Shown here: one piece after another, positions 23,526 through 38,420 of the stretch
Position numbering within the stretch: position 1 is the stretch's first letter
How the letters are laid out: each line of letters begins with the position of its first letter
Assembly: GCF_964355755.1 (NCBI RefSeq)
Contig: NC_092677.1
Location: 22,307,175 to 22,371,174, forward strand
DNA from: Antedon mediterranea
Taxonomy: Eukaryota; Animalia; Echinodermata
Direction: 5' to 3'
DNA: 64,000 nt
The notes under the pieces: generated by a model
The model's database searches: none
Seen by the model: the letters and a program-made list of their open reading frames with translations, nothing else
Told to the model about the DNA's origin: nothing
Made by a program: the position numbers and the translations under genes

Positions 23526-26287
23526 GTAAGACTAATTTTTTTATCTATTTTTGCCTTTTTCATCCTAATTTAGCTATCCCCAAAATTCCCGCGTTTTACC
23601 AATTTGGAAACGTTGATCATTTGAGTTGATATAAATTAGGTCTTCGGTAAAAACAATTTTTTCTACGAAGTGTACGGTACTTCATCGACTTTATCATTAT
23701 CATATTAAATAATATTAAGAACCAATCAATTATATTTTTAATTTATTGCTCTTCTATGATGTCATCTACCTTAATTTTTCAAATTGTGAACATGTTACAA
23801 GTTAGCTTATAATTATAATAACCAGATAGAAATAAAGCGAAAGATAAAAAACGGTGCATAGTACTTAAATGAAAATGCTATTTCTTGTTGACCTACATCG
23901 AGCTGTCCATGAGTACGGTACCGTACTCAATAATGCCAATTCGCATAGTCACTGAATACATTATACAATTGGGTTAATTGCATCCCCACTAGGCTACACT
24001 ATCTTGATTAGGTCCTATTATTGTGTGATCAGTCTTCAATTTAATAAATTGCGTAAGAATGTGTTAATGATAATGAATAAGAATATTATTACGGAAAGTA
24101 TGCTTACTGAATTACTGAGACTAAATGGTTCATTTGAAATATTATTACGAAACCTTCATTAAATCTAATCAGAAATAAATCGTAATAATTCGGTAATGAT
24201 TATTATGATTAATAAATCCTAATGATTAAAATGTATTTACGTAATCTATAGTAACCGAAGTGATACACTGATGATGTCAAAATATATTACTTAAATGTAA
24301 TATGTCATATAAATCATACAAACTAGAATTAAAATAATGTACAGGTGAAGAACCTGTTAATGGATTGGCAAGTCCATATTGAGACAGTTTATTTATCACG
24401 TTAGGATACATAAGGTCATTCATAAACATTTATAATTAATGAGAGTTAGGCTTAGATAGTTTTACAATATTATTATTAAACTTCAATCAAGCTGTTCATT
24501 ACAATAAAGTACAATCAAGATATTCGTATTTCATACACAAAAAACACAAAATGTACGCGCGTACAACAAGGTATCGATGATTGTCAGCATCTCACTGACA
24601 TCAAAACGATATCGCAATATAACGTTAGCTTGAGGTGCAAATACTTGTTTTACTCATAAGCTGAGTAAATATGAGTGGATGTGACCAAACACTATGTCGC
24701 CAATTAATATCTTGAATTAATACTTTGTTCTTGTGACATAAGAGACAATGCAAACCCAGATTTGCATAAGGAAGGTATTGAATAATAACTCGGTGTTGTC
24801 ATTGTGTGTTAATCTAACAATCGTGCTAATGGTTTGAATCATTGCGATTTCAAGTGATAGCTATCAAAATACGTCTACTTCACAAGAATGTAACTTGTCA
24901 CCAAATTCTCTTCAGATTGATCGAATAATACCAAATACAATTTTATTTCTCCTAAAACTTGTTGGCTGTCAGTTAATTGATGAATTTATATACAGGTACT
25001 ACGGTACATTCACAATGTTATATCATAGCAGCAAACAACGTCAATTTATCTGTACATATTAATGCTTGGTATGAGAATTTGATATTCAGACATTAATATG
25101 ATATTTATAGACATAATTGACGTATGCATAAAATATCAAATTGATGTATGCGTGTATGCGCATTAAATACAAACAATATATTAACATCATTCTTTTAAAA
25201 AAATAGCCCACATCCCAGTAATTAGACGCTTATTACCAGTAACCATCATCATACTAACGATACTGATTGTTGATGGATCGTGGTGTATTGACAATAATAA
25301 AACTTACAACAAACAGTAATCGAAATTCAGTCAATACACCAACATATGGTAACACACAAGTTACACTATAATAAGTGATTATTATCAATATGCAAGGAGA
25401 GAAAGAGTCGGCTACTTTGTAAAGATTTAAATGTAGCATTGTTGATTGATTTGTTTAAGTATGATACAGTTAAAATTATAATGATGTTAATAATTTTTTA
25501 TGTTACTATTTCAATTGTTTTTGTTATTCTAGGGTACGTGCAAAATATTTTCCCTTCGCCGACGATTTCACCAGTAAGCCGTAATTCATTGAGTGATTGT
25601 GAGTACGTCTCTGATTCGGACGTTAGTCGTGATGATACATCGTCTATCACGTCACATAGTGACGTATCTGAAGCCAACAACAATATAAACAAACAAGTCT
25701 TCCTATCTTACGATGCATTTGATATAACAGACGGACGATCACGTCGCCGTTCACCAAAGACCGGCGTACAACCAGTTGAAAAGCGTCAACGTTATAAATG
25801 TAACGAATGCGGTAAACATTACGCAACTTCGTCGAATCTATCGCGACACAAACAAACTCATCGCAGTTTAGAAAGTGACCAAGCCAAACGCTGCCATATC
25901 TGCAATAAAGTGTACGTAAGCATGCCAGCTCTCACCATGCATATATTAACGCATGATCTGAAACATAAATGTACTATTTGCAACAAGGCTTTTAGCCGGC
26001 CATGGTTGTTGCAAGGTCATATGCGTTCTCACACTGGAGAGAAACCTTTTGGATGTGCACATTGTGGCAAAGCATTCGCAGATCGATCAAATCTTCGTGC
26101 ACATATGCAAACGCATTCATCTTTCAAGCATTATAGTTGCAAAAGATGTGACAAATCATTTGCATTGAAATCATATCTAAACAAACATCACGAATCAGCG
26201 TGCATTATCAGTCCAGAGTCCAGTGACAACGAGTGCAATTTCATTATTCCAAAAATGCAAAAATCAGAAACTTCGCGATGTGTTTAA
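23402..26287 (+). CDS. scrt: Scratch-family (Snail superfamily) zinc-finger transcriptional repressor, 2 coding exons (23402-23525, 25533-26287), 292 aa
   Basis: N-terminal SNAG motif MPRSFLV. Phase-1 intron G|GTAAG...TTCTAG|GG joins to GYVQ. Scratch domain DAFDITDGRSRR. Five fingers: CNECGKHYATSSNLSRHKQTH, CHICNKVYVSMPALTMHILTH, CTICNKAFSRPWLLQGHMRSH, TGEKPFGCAHCGKAFADRSNLRAHMQTH, CKRCDKSFALKSYLNKHHESAC. Confidence 0.96.
25533..26287 (+). CDS. scrt: Scratch coding exon 2 (Scratch domain and zinc fingers)
   Basis: Acceptor TTGTTATTCTAG ending at 25532. Open frame to TAA at 26287. Confidence 0.96.
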
Positions 26288-29200
26288 TGATATTTAAGAA
26301 ATCAAAATAGATAAAAGTTGTACGTATTTTAATATACGTTTACTTTATTTTCTAAGCAAAATGGTATTTTTTAATTAAAAACCAATACTATTCATAGTGT
26401 TTCAGAATAACCGTTTTGCAAATATGACCAATAAGAAAGATATTTTGCAAACGTACTAACATTTCAGGCAATATATTTATAAACATTTGTTAACAATGTG
26501 CATACTTTTTAAACGTAAAATATTGTATATAGATGCACTGTCAACTTTCCGTAGTTTTGATACTGATTTAAACATTTTAAAAAGTAGGGTCTGTTCCCTA
26601 AAAATAATAACCAATATTTTGCAATTTTCCAAACTTGTATATATATATATATATATATTATTTATTTTAAAAAAAACATTCCTAAGATAAGGGCGGGAAA
26701 CAGTAAAATGAATATTGACCAATTTAGGTTTTTTCATAAGCCTATATATTTGCAAAAAAGATGATATTTTTTAATGAATAGGTGATAACAAAGCAATAGG
26801 CCTATTTAAATGTGTTTCTAAAATTCCTATTTGTCTAAATTGTCTATTTGTATAAATAATGTGTAATATTATTATTAAAACCAATAACAGTATTTGGTAT
26901 ATAAACAATTGTGTGACTATTCTACTTAAAATGTTATTTTGTAAATTTGATAAATAACATCTTATTGTGCAATTTTAGATAGCTGTAGGCCTAAATCCAT
27001 ATTGAGATTCTTCCTAACTCGGTTAAAATAGAAACCAAAGATAAAGGTCAAGCGATAATTAACGATCAATTTATTCTCAAAAGTATAACGAACTATGTAT
27101 TAAGTGTATGTTTTACTTGTTGTGAATCTCTCTTACAAAATAAATGTGTGTGGCATATGAAATTGTTCAATTCTTCCAATACTTCTTGTCATCCACTCCA
27201 AATTTTAATTATATTCATTACGGTATACTTCGTTGGACAAGATATTACATTTGTGTTACTCTCTATTAAAAACAATAAATGAATTAACAATGTCAATGAT
27301 TAAATATTAAGTAAACCTTTCACTGTTGCTCGTAGGGTATTCTATGCAAATTTGTCAAGAAAATAGATATGCACCGGATTCACATCATCTAACATATTCA
27401 ATGTTCTCATGCTATTAAATTCCCAAGAAATAAAAATTACCAATATTTTTAGACTGAGGTTTAAAGCCTATCTGTAGTTTTATAATGATAAAAAAGATAT
27501 TTGCAGTTTTAGTGATTAGAAACATAACAATGTCTTTCCATTTTTGGTACACTAATATAATTTGCATATTGTAGATATATGATACTGGTCGTGTTGTTTT
27601 ATACATTAAGGGATACTATACAAGTAATTTACTAGGCGATCGTGCGTAAATTTCTAATAGGTATTGTGAATTCAGTGTCTCTACGGGTTAAGATTTGAGT
27701 AGACTACACCAACAGGTGTGGAATAAACATTTGAGTGTACGTAAAGAAGAGTGTCCCATGGGCATGCTATCGATGCAACAACCGAAACCGTTTCTTTCTC
27801 GTCACCATCGAGAATTACTATCCAAGCGGATTATCTTCAATTTAATATGTTTATCAAATTATGTCACATTAATTGAGGATACTATGCGACAAAATCTTTA
27901 GCACAAGCAGTTACACTCTACAGTATTTATTCCTCTGTATATATCATAATTCGTTTATGTTGTTTAGTGAATTACTGCAGAACGAATGGTACGCCAAAAT
28001 AGTAGTAAAACATACATTATGTTGATCAAATGGCAGCATAATATATTCATTTTTTAGAAGTGACACTATTATTAGTAATATTATTATTAAAATGAAATGG
28101 AAATGTGTTTGTGTTTTGTCTTCATTATTGCTTAATAATTAACACTACTTTTACATTTTTTAATATTTTTATATTTACTTTCTCCTCATTTTCATTAACA
28201 TAACACAACATACTTTAGGTATTTATGTATGTTTTCTATCACAATCAATATAAACTGATGTATTATGTAATATCACTTTGAATAATATGTTCATAAATGT
28301 CATTCTTAAAAAGATATAGTTACATGTTTGGCACAAAGATTAATAGACTCAATAGGGCCTACTGATGAAGATAAGTTCACAGTTGATAAAATAATTGACA
28401 ATTATACATATTTTATATTTAAAATGTTACTGTACAGATAATCTTATACAATTTAAAACAATTCTATGAAATAAAATCAAACTAAATGATCTAGATTGAG
28501 CTAGATTTTCACATTCTTAATAATATACTGATACTGGCACAAGTCATGTTTTCAGTATATCCGAAATACTTCAATTGCATAATATCGAAACTGTCGAAAC
28601 AGATTTTGACCTAAATTCATATTATATTTCTCAATTTTATGCTTCAAATCTTTTTTGATTCTTAAAGTTTTATTGTGAGTACAAATTAGAATGATTTGGG
28701 TTAGTTAATAATAGCCATTTTGTTATTATATGCACCTAACATTAAGAGACACTATAATCACAATCTGATCTGGTCATCATCATAATCATTTTTGTTTTTC
28801 ACATCAATTGAAAATCATCATTCTTAACAATAGTATGGTAACTATAGTTTATTGATAATATTATTATAGAAATCACCTTCCGGAGCACAACATACTATAC
28901 ACACGATCAACTGCTGTTTGAAAGTGTTTTTCTGACATATCTTGAATATAATTATCAACTGCATCTCAAATAATAAATTGTGTGAAATACTACATTTTTA
29001 AATAGCTCTACGATCGGTCGACCGACGATGACATCATATATTCCCATCAAATATTACGCTCTCGAAAACTAACCGCTTCAATTCAATTGAATTATTTATC
29101 GAAATGAGTGACTAACAAATTATGCTGACGTAATACATACGCTAGTGTTAGCATTTGGACCGTTGCAGGTGCTAGGTGTCTTGGAATGCTGGCTACTATA

Positions 29201-32200
29201 GCGTTTAGTATTCCACAGGTTGACATACGTTTAACGTAAAGTTATGAAATGTTACAAAATCGATTGAAATTATTAACATAGTATAAATTCCTGTCAACTC
29301 ATTATTGATTAGGCAGCCATTATAATAATGATTTTGTACATTAATGCTTTTGGTTTTTCTGAATACGGATGTCGACATTTGATTTTTATAACCTGGTGTG
29401 CAAGTTTCTGTACAAAATTATAAAACGATAGGCCTAATAATTAATTAAACATTACCTACAAAATGTGGATCATCTTCATAAACATTATCTTTAGACATTG
29501 CATCATGGAAAATTCTTTCTTTATTGATTTCTATATATTTTTTAGGCCTTATCGGTCTATGGTATAATCTCTGTTAATTATTAGAATTATTATTCAAAAT
29601 ACTCAGATTTTTATTAGTTAGAAATTGTTTTTGTAGGTTTGTTTTTGTGCATTTATCGCTTGGTATATGCCTAATTTGTTCGCCTCAGACATACGGTATG
29701 CATTAGTAGAATGGACGAGCTTGACAGTGTGATCCGGCAAAGTGGTTATAGTATTCATGATTTATCCATTGCAGGAGTAATGGATTGATAGAGTAAAACA
29801 TACATCCAAATATAGATTGTTCTGGCATCACATCAGCCGGCATTCAGTGGAGACACTCAACTTAAATGTATAAATGTTATTTACTCTCCCTGATAATCTT
29901 ATTCAAAATATCTATTGTGAAAACAAAGAGAAAGATGTATACGACAGAAAATGTCAATAAAACAAGTCAGTGACTTGCGCATGCCATTAGGCCCAAGATA
30001 TGAAGCGCCCACTTGATCGTAAATATTCTACTCATCCAAGTTGACATGTAGACTGAAATACGACCATAAACCAATATTGTAGCTTTTAACTTTTAAAACG
30101 TTTGCTATAAATGTATTTCTTGTGCAACATACAAAGCATTTACGTTGATCTAAATTGAAAATAACAATGATACAAGGGTACACAGACAAAAGTCTGTCTA
30201 ATAACGAAATGACAGAAAGCAAGACCAATCTCAACATAAAGTAACCTCTGAATAGAACAAGATTTGTGTTAATTTGTATCCCAATAAATATAATCCAAGA
30301 GAGTAAAATAATTATATTTATGAATTGAACTGTAAACTCTTCAAAACTGCCTAATGTTACAATTTGTAGATAAAATTAGCAAATAAAATGAAAGATGTTG
30401 CACGGAAATTCCAACCTCAAATTTAATTATGTAGGGCTATGGAATAGACGGAGTTGTAAGTGTATTTGTCACTGGATATATTCCGCTGTCATGCATATTT
30501 TACTAATGGTTCCTATGTATGTGCAATGCATAATATTATTTAGGCATGGTTAATTATTCCAATAAATTTAAAGTTGTATAAAATTTGTGTCAATTGTGTT
30601 GATTTAAGCTAATCAGAATGTGGTTGTTTATGCTTTTTTATGATAATATAATGAGCGCGCATAATAATTAAAGTGTTTTAGGCTGATTTGCACCAACAGG
30701 TGGTAAAGACACGTTAGCTATTGTTAGATTAACTCACGATCAACATTCTCCAATCGGAGACAACAAATGACGATAATGATAGGTATATTTACAATGACAT
30801 GCAACTAAAGTAACATTTGTGGCAAGTTTTAACTTTTTTTTTAAATTAATGACATGATAAATCTGAATGATTGTTGGAAATATCTAGAATTATGTTTCAA
30901 AATAAAATGATGACAATGTTTAGAGATTTAATTCATTGATGCATATATCACACACTTCAAGTATTTGCCAATTCTGTGCCAAGAGTCCGAACTACTCAAA
31001 CTAATTTCAATTTTTTAATAAAATCTGAAATTAAAAACCCCATCAGTACTACTATACTTGATTGTCGGCAGCGTTTAAAGTTATATGTTATGTAACGATG
31101 GTGTTGGCAATGAGATGAATATTTTATTAAAATAGTTACACTGAACAAATCAAGCTGAATTAAAACACTTGGGATGAAGACCGGCTTTCGTTTAACAAGT
31201 GATGGTTAGGTTAAACCATCAAAAGAGCCAGTATAATATATGTAAATTAGCAATAGTAATAATCTTGAATTAGAGAACTAAATTGTAGGTAACATTTTGA
31301 TTCTTAATGAAATGTCATTTCATTTTGTAGATGTACTGATTTGTTACCGGCAGCCGATAAACAACACCGACATCGTTCATGAAGTTAATGAACTCATCTA
31401 CATTAGGCAAAATAATCATGTAAGAGTTATTTACGACGACGAACTTAGAACACAATTTATTGTCAACACGTTCGGGAATTAGAAATCTAAGTTTGGCGAT
31501 ATTTCGATTAATTCACAATCGAGCAACGAGTGTTGTTTGATGACAAGCGGATTTGGAATTAACCAAATGGGACCATGTTTCGTATTATTAGAAGCTGTAC
31601 AAACCTAAAAAAACGGATGTGTTTAATGTTTGAATCTACGCATCAAATAATACACTGAGGCAAACAATAATGGCATCTTGTCACTCCAACTCCTAAGTAT
31701 CAGTTCTTGGCTGGTCAACAAAGATAATTCTCTGTACTCTACAAACATGATCGAACGTATGTATCTTTTCACCTGACAGTTGCGCTAACATCTTATAGCG
31801 AATAACTAAGCAAGGTCTATCTGATACATATGAGAAAATCAAATTCATAGAGCTCGTCGCCTTCAGGCTGTGTATTAACTTAATGAAGCTTGCATTGTCG
31901 ATGTGAATGGACGTTTTTTTAAGAAGCATACTTCATATTGTATGCTATTACATGTAACGAAACGTGCGTGAAATACACACACTCAAATATCACATTTCCA
32001 GCAAATTAATTTATTTCAACTGCTATTAGAGAGTTAAACATAGACTTAATCTGAAATCTTGAGCTGTGGTGGTCTTTCCTATTAATGTGCCTACAGACGC
32101 ATTAAATGCGTGAGAAAGCGTGGGGATAAACGCGTCTAAATCCTTTAGTCGCTGGGAAAAAATAAATTCGATTGGATTATTGGTACTTAGTATAAGTTTA

Positions 32201-35200
32201 TTCCACACGAGAAGACCAAGATAAAAAGAAATTTAAATTGTGTTTAGATCTGATTTCTCTTAGTTAATTCTCACGATGTATAGTGAAAAACATTCACCAC
32301 TGATTCTCCTGAATAAATACTTGGCCTATTGATTTTTAAGATATCGAAGAGTTTAATTAATTTCTATTAGTTTTAGTACAGAAACACTCATCTTAATCGC
32401 AAATTTTGATTGGTACTATTAAACTAATATTTAATCACCAGATTTGATATTGATCGGAATGTTTTTGCCATTGTAAAATGTTTCAATAGATCATTTCATC
32501 AAACTCTACAAACTTTTGGACAAAAGAAACATTGATAGTGTAAATGTGATGTAAAGGAAGAATTCACTATAAAATGTTATTAATTCATTAATTAATAATA
32601 CCTACTAATATAACAACATTATATTTCGTTGACATCTTGCAGTTCGCAAATGAAGGTTCTTTACGTGTTGTTAGTATCAGATAAGTGTTTTAGGTTTTGT
32701 GTTAACTTCTTAAACTTCTATGTATGGAAAAATATAAGGTAAAGTATTGTGAAATGTGTTGTTTACTAGTTTTACGCTTATCCTGATATTTTATTATTCA
32801 TTATTATTTTTTATTGAGTATTAACTGTTATTAAAACACGATTGATATTATAAGATCACAGACAAAACATGTACAAAAAGATCTATCAATCTATTGAAAG
32901 ATTAAAATAATACGAATATCCTTGTAAATTTCTATAAACAGCAAATGAATTAATCAGGATGAAAAAATGAGGTTTTAAATGGCTTTTCGTCTTCTACTCT
33001 TCAACTATTTGTCCTTTTAACAATTAAGATACTATTGTGTTGTTTATAATGAACTCTATATTAAATAACTTCATATTGTATGTGCTTATAACAAAATGGC
33101 TATGTGTATACTGTAACTTAGCTGTTTATTATGTGTACTTTGTCAATAAAAACATTTTACTTTTTTGTTTTCAACTTACACCATGGTGAGAGAGAAATGT
33201 GTTCACTTTAAAAGTAAGAACAATTAGAGTTGCTTTAACAATTGTATTATAGACGAGAGCATTGACATTTTCTTTACCTTAAGTCTGATAAGGTTTTATT
33301 ACTGTTTACGGTGAATTATTTAAAAGGTATATTATCAATTCGAATGACGTAGTTGCTAATTGAGGCTGGTGTTTATTTCATCTTCATAACCCCTGAATGA
33401 ACACAACAATCCAATTAGGCTAACAGAACAGTAAACCTTTCGCATAAGCTTAAAGGTACGTGGCCGCTCATATTTAGACTAAGCGTCTTTATGTGAGCAT
33501 TTTTAATCTCATTTTACTAAATTATGAGTGTTAAAAATTTGAGATTGTAGTTCAATTCGTAAACATCATAGAACAAAAGGGTCTTAATGGTTATGTTGCT
33601 GTTCAAATACAGTAGGCCCACTACAATGTTTATTACAAGAAATTTGTCAGTTGTAAAGTAATTTATTGGAATATTATTATTATATTACTTTAAACTAAAT
33701 TACATGTGTAACCTCAATTACTCTTTGGGACTAACCAACTAACTGTTGGAACTAGGCTTAAAACAAATTTACATAAGATGTAAACTGAAAAAATGTACCC
33801 AGCAAGGACATATTTCATACATCTTTTACACTAGTAAGGTCAAAATCGGGGTCAAAATCCAGAAACTGAAGTAGGTTTTTTTTTTAAAGTATTTGTTTTA
33901 TCTCAAATTGTATAGGCTACCCAAGGGAACCAGCACGCGACCATTATTGTAGTGCGAACGGGCCCTTATTTGTAATTGTTAAATATAAATAACGGTAAAA
34001 TCCGTTCTTCGGTTGATTACTAATATAAATGTCCTCACATTGCACCATTTTCAAATTTAAGTACAGTAGTAGGCATACGTCGTACACCCACTAAAAGGAC
34101 ATTATAATATCACGAAATCACCATCAATTTGTCCATACTCATTTCAATAATGATGGCAATTTTATTCTGATCGGTTAGATAATTTTAAGCCAACAAGTGT
34201 AATGTCAAATTACAGATTAGCATAATTGTGGTTGGGTGTTTTAAATAGTAGTTTCCATATAAGGAAATAATAATGTTGCATTTAAATATCCGTTAGGATC
34301 AGTGAAGTTTGACGTCATGGTTCGCTCGCTTTCAAGTGTTGACACAGAACGAACATGCGTCCAATATTTCAAAAACGATAAATAATAAAGCTACAGTTTT
34401 ACATACACGAAATAAATAAATATATCCATTTTAACAAAATTGTCCAAAGTTGTTGTTACATATTATTATGCGGCGTCCATGCTTCTTTGATAGCAAACTT
34501 TATTTTGATAGACTATAAAAATATTATATGCAGAATGGTTTTTTAGTTTAATTAAACAGTAGGAATATGAACACATTTATACATTAAACCCGACTAAATT
34601 ATGATAATTCGTGATATCTAACAAATATTTGGTCTCTCAAAAATCATTGTCCATGGTAACAACGACATTCGGGCTAATCTGATACAGTAATAAACATGAT
34701 AAGAACATGTTAGCCTTTCCAAATAGGATTTTCATAACACATGCCTTAAACTTGGCACCAAACAACTAATTGGTAATCATTTTGATCGATATTTTTAATC
34801 AATACTATACAGGTAAATATAATCACTTTTGGATTGAAATGTACGATATTTTGTTTAGTATTAGCCAACGATGGTATAGATAATAAGACGACATGTTGAG
34901 ATAATTTTCCTTTGTATTCACAGTCTAATTATAATTGTAGTGTCTTAAATATTTAACCATCTGCTATTGTGTTATTATTATAATTACGTCCAATATTACT
35001 GGACGATTATCATCACGTGCAATGCTTTCGTTCTGAAACAAATAAAAATACATATTCAAAGAATACATATCATTATATTCCTATTAAAAAGAAATAAACT
35101 ATTTTTGAGTTATGCAAATCACATCAATTACCTTTCAAATAAATAAACCTATGTGGATGTAATATTCAAGAAAGGGTTATATTATGCGTTTTAATCTAAT

Positions 35201-38127
35201 TTTAAACTAATTCATTATTATGGCCTCGACAAATTTGTAATGATGATGAGGCCTAATAATTTAATTTTTCTGTAACATAATTGTTTTTAATATGGTTTAG
35301 TTTTTCTTTTTTTTTCTTTTCAGAGATAGGCCCTACAAGGCTTGCTATAGTATACATTCCGTTAAACACCATAGCGTAACAAGTTTTTAAGTTAAATTTA
35401 ATAAATTTTACGTAATATCAATGTTTTTTAATTTCCAATGTATTACGTTAATTTCCAATAGGAATATCATTCTTCTTCAATATTATACAAGATTTTCGTA
35501 TTATGCTTAGATAATGAGATCTATATTCATATGAAACGTATGAATTTCTAATGTATGTGAGGTAATTATTATTATTCACTGGTGCTGATTACGTTTATAT
35601 TAAATCACACTCAAATTTTTAACTAAAATTGAAATATTTTTAACCTGTATCAGAGAATAAAAAGCTGACATATGGTCAGTTAATTAACCGTTAGTCTACG
35701 AAGTATCGTGTCTCGTGGCTCAACAATCGCATATCAAAATAATTTCATGTTGTCGACAAATAACCTGCCCAGATGTATATGTCCATAATTTGAACTCAAA
35801 CGCATATCGCAATCGCCAGTATACCAAAGTAGAATTAATTTTGTTTTTCAATTTAGTTAATCCAGTTATTTACTGCACCGTTTATGTATAATTAACCAAG
35901 AAGAAAAACCTAACAGCGCCTAATCAAGTTTAGAAGCAGAATGTTAATTCTGTTAGTGAAACACAGCCTCTGTAACAATATTTGACATCATTCACGAGTG
36001 TATGCGAAGTTCATTTATTATCTGTCGCTGAAGTAATGCTTGGTTGGGCCAAGCTTTCCATAAACTGTCTATTTCTAATGTGAATAATAGTTGCAAAAGA
36101 TAAACGAGGCGTTTGAGAGTCGATATTGATGAATGTTTACAATCCACGGTTCACAAAATGTCTGAAATAATTGAGCAAAACACTCTACAAGTGGAAACAA
36201 GCCTTTTTTATTCAAAAATGTTAACTATTATCATTATTATTAATATTATTATTATTATTATTCAATTTGTCAATATATTTTTTAATATATACAATTTAAA
36301 GAATGTAGGCTTGAATGCAATGTAGGCTACTGACATTCGCATATACGTATTGAATTTTCATTTTCACAAAAACATAAATGCTTTCTTGTATACTATTAAA
36401 TTTGTAAGAATCGATAGTGGATTTTTTAAAGTAACAAACAACGAAAACAAAATAGCTTTATATTATTAAGTTATTTTTGTGTTTTATGATTCATAATAAC
36501 GTTGTAATCCCACGTGACTGACTTCTCTATGATCCTTATTCATAACGAAATAACTGAACAGACTATCAAGTGTTGCTCATCAGGTTTTGTGTCGTCCAAT
36601 GTAGCGAGAAGTGCATGTTGAGTTAAAGCTGTTCTTTAGGGTGATACCGTCATTTGACTGAAGTGCTATATACTAGGCATATTTATTGAATATCTCAATT
36701 GCTGGAATCTGATGCACCTGATCTTCTATTGTTCTCAATTCGAGTATCTATTTTTGTCACAGCATGCAATGAAATCCTCATATGAAATTCCAACACAATG
36801 CATTGATATTTAGCAATAATTAAATATGATTTAAATTTTGTTTTCTTTTACTATATAACATTTTAAAACTGATTGTTAAATGTATTCTGACTAATAAAAC
36901 ACTACGGTGAGGTTTCCCAGAATGGTCAGACATGCTATAGGAACTCAGCTTGTTAATGAATTTATTTATTTAGTATTTACAAATCTTGCATTAGGCTATA
37001 TAAAATAAGCAAACGTAAAGATTGGATTATCACTTCGAATTTATTTAAGATAGAACTAAAAAAGGTAATTTTGAATGAATACATGTAATCGAAACAAAGC
37101 AGAAAGAAAATTGAATGACGTTAAAGAAAAAATTCTTGAAATTGAATTAATTATCTAAAAAGAAAAATAATCAATAAAATTAAATTAAGAAATACACATA
37201 AGAATAAACATAAACGTACCGTATATATTTTTTTGAGTTTGGATTAATTGTTAGTTTACCAACATTATTATATTATTGTTTGCTAGAAAGCGCCCGAGTC
37301 CGGGATGACCGAGACACAACTGGTGCTAGCTCGTACTTAAACTAGAACTATAAAAATAAACCTGGCTAGCGACGAGGGCGTATCTCCTTCTTCGGTTTAG
37401 GTTTAGCTTTGCAATGTATAGGCCTATTAGTTTATTTTATCATATAATTCATGTAATTAATGAAAGCAATATTATGTTCAAAATGTCTTTATCAATGTAA
37501 AACTATAGGCCTACAATTTTATCAAAGTACTCAATCAAAGCACAATCTTATAATGCAATATACTATTTTATCATTATACCGAATCTCAATTTTTAATACT
37601 GATGTCAATCTTTATATCGTTTTCTCTGTATACTTATTTGTTTTATCATATTTAGATTTCAACACAATATCAAAGTAAGGTCAATACCCCGTTACATTTC
37701 CATGTACCACAATTTAGACAAAGTAAGGTGATCATTGATACTGATTGTTTGGATATAATTTTAATCGATCAGGTTCATCTATATTTTTCCCGCACGGGAC
37801 ACTCATAGAGCCTATTATTATTATTATTACCAATTGACCCACAAAAAGTATTTTTTAACAGTTATGTTATTCTGTATTATTTTCATTAGTTTTAAATTGG
37901 ATGAGAACTCCATAGACAAAAATATCCTGGATTTTTTAATAAATAATTTTTCAACAAAAGAAAAAATCAAACTAAATAGATTCTATATAAGAAGTAAGTT
38001 TAAAGAAAATTATAAATTAAGGTTTAAAAAGTATATAAACGGTAAACAAAAAGAAAATCAATAAATACAATCACATCGGCTTAAAAGTTAATTCACTGTA
38101 TTGAGAAATATAGTAGGCCTCTATCTC

Positions 38128-38420
38128 TTAATTTTTTTTTACGGAAACAGGAAGAGATATACTATTTTTTAATTTATTATTAATATTGTTCCATAACTTT
38201 TGGCCAGATACACAGATAAGTTTTAAACGAGGAATGTAGAGTAATGAAGGGATGCCTGTGTTACGTAGGTTATATTTGTGAATTATTTGTTTGATATCAA
38301 AACGACTGGACATTACAGGAGGAAGTTTAGTTTAAAGTTAAAGTTTATATTAAATAAAAGAAGCAACTTGTGTAAGCCATTTAACTTTGAGGATGTTGAG
38401 CTTTCTAAAGTTCGATGTCG
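38128..38420 (-). mobile_element. L2/CR1-group LINE 3' ORF2 fragment
   Basis: LPPVM...IHKYNLRN...SGQKLWNNI...KNS.S motif typical of non-LTR ORF2 C-termini. Confidence 0.65.

Noticed and set aside
25439-25532. Hydrophobic N-terminus of the 282-aa ORF, suggesting a membrane-tethered zinc-finger protein
   Set aside because: It is the T-rich intron end. The real N-terminus is the SNAG exon at 23402, which splices in phase at 25533.
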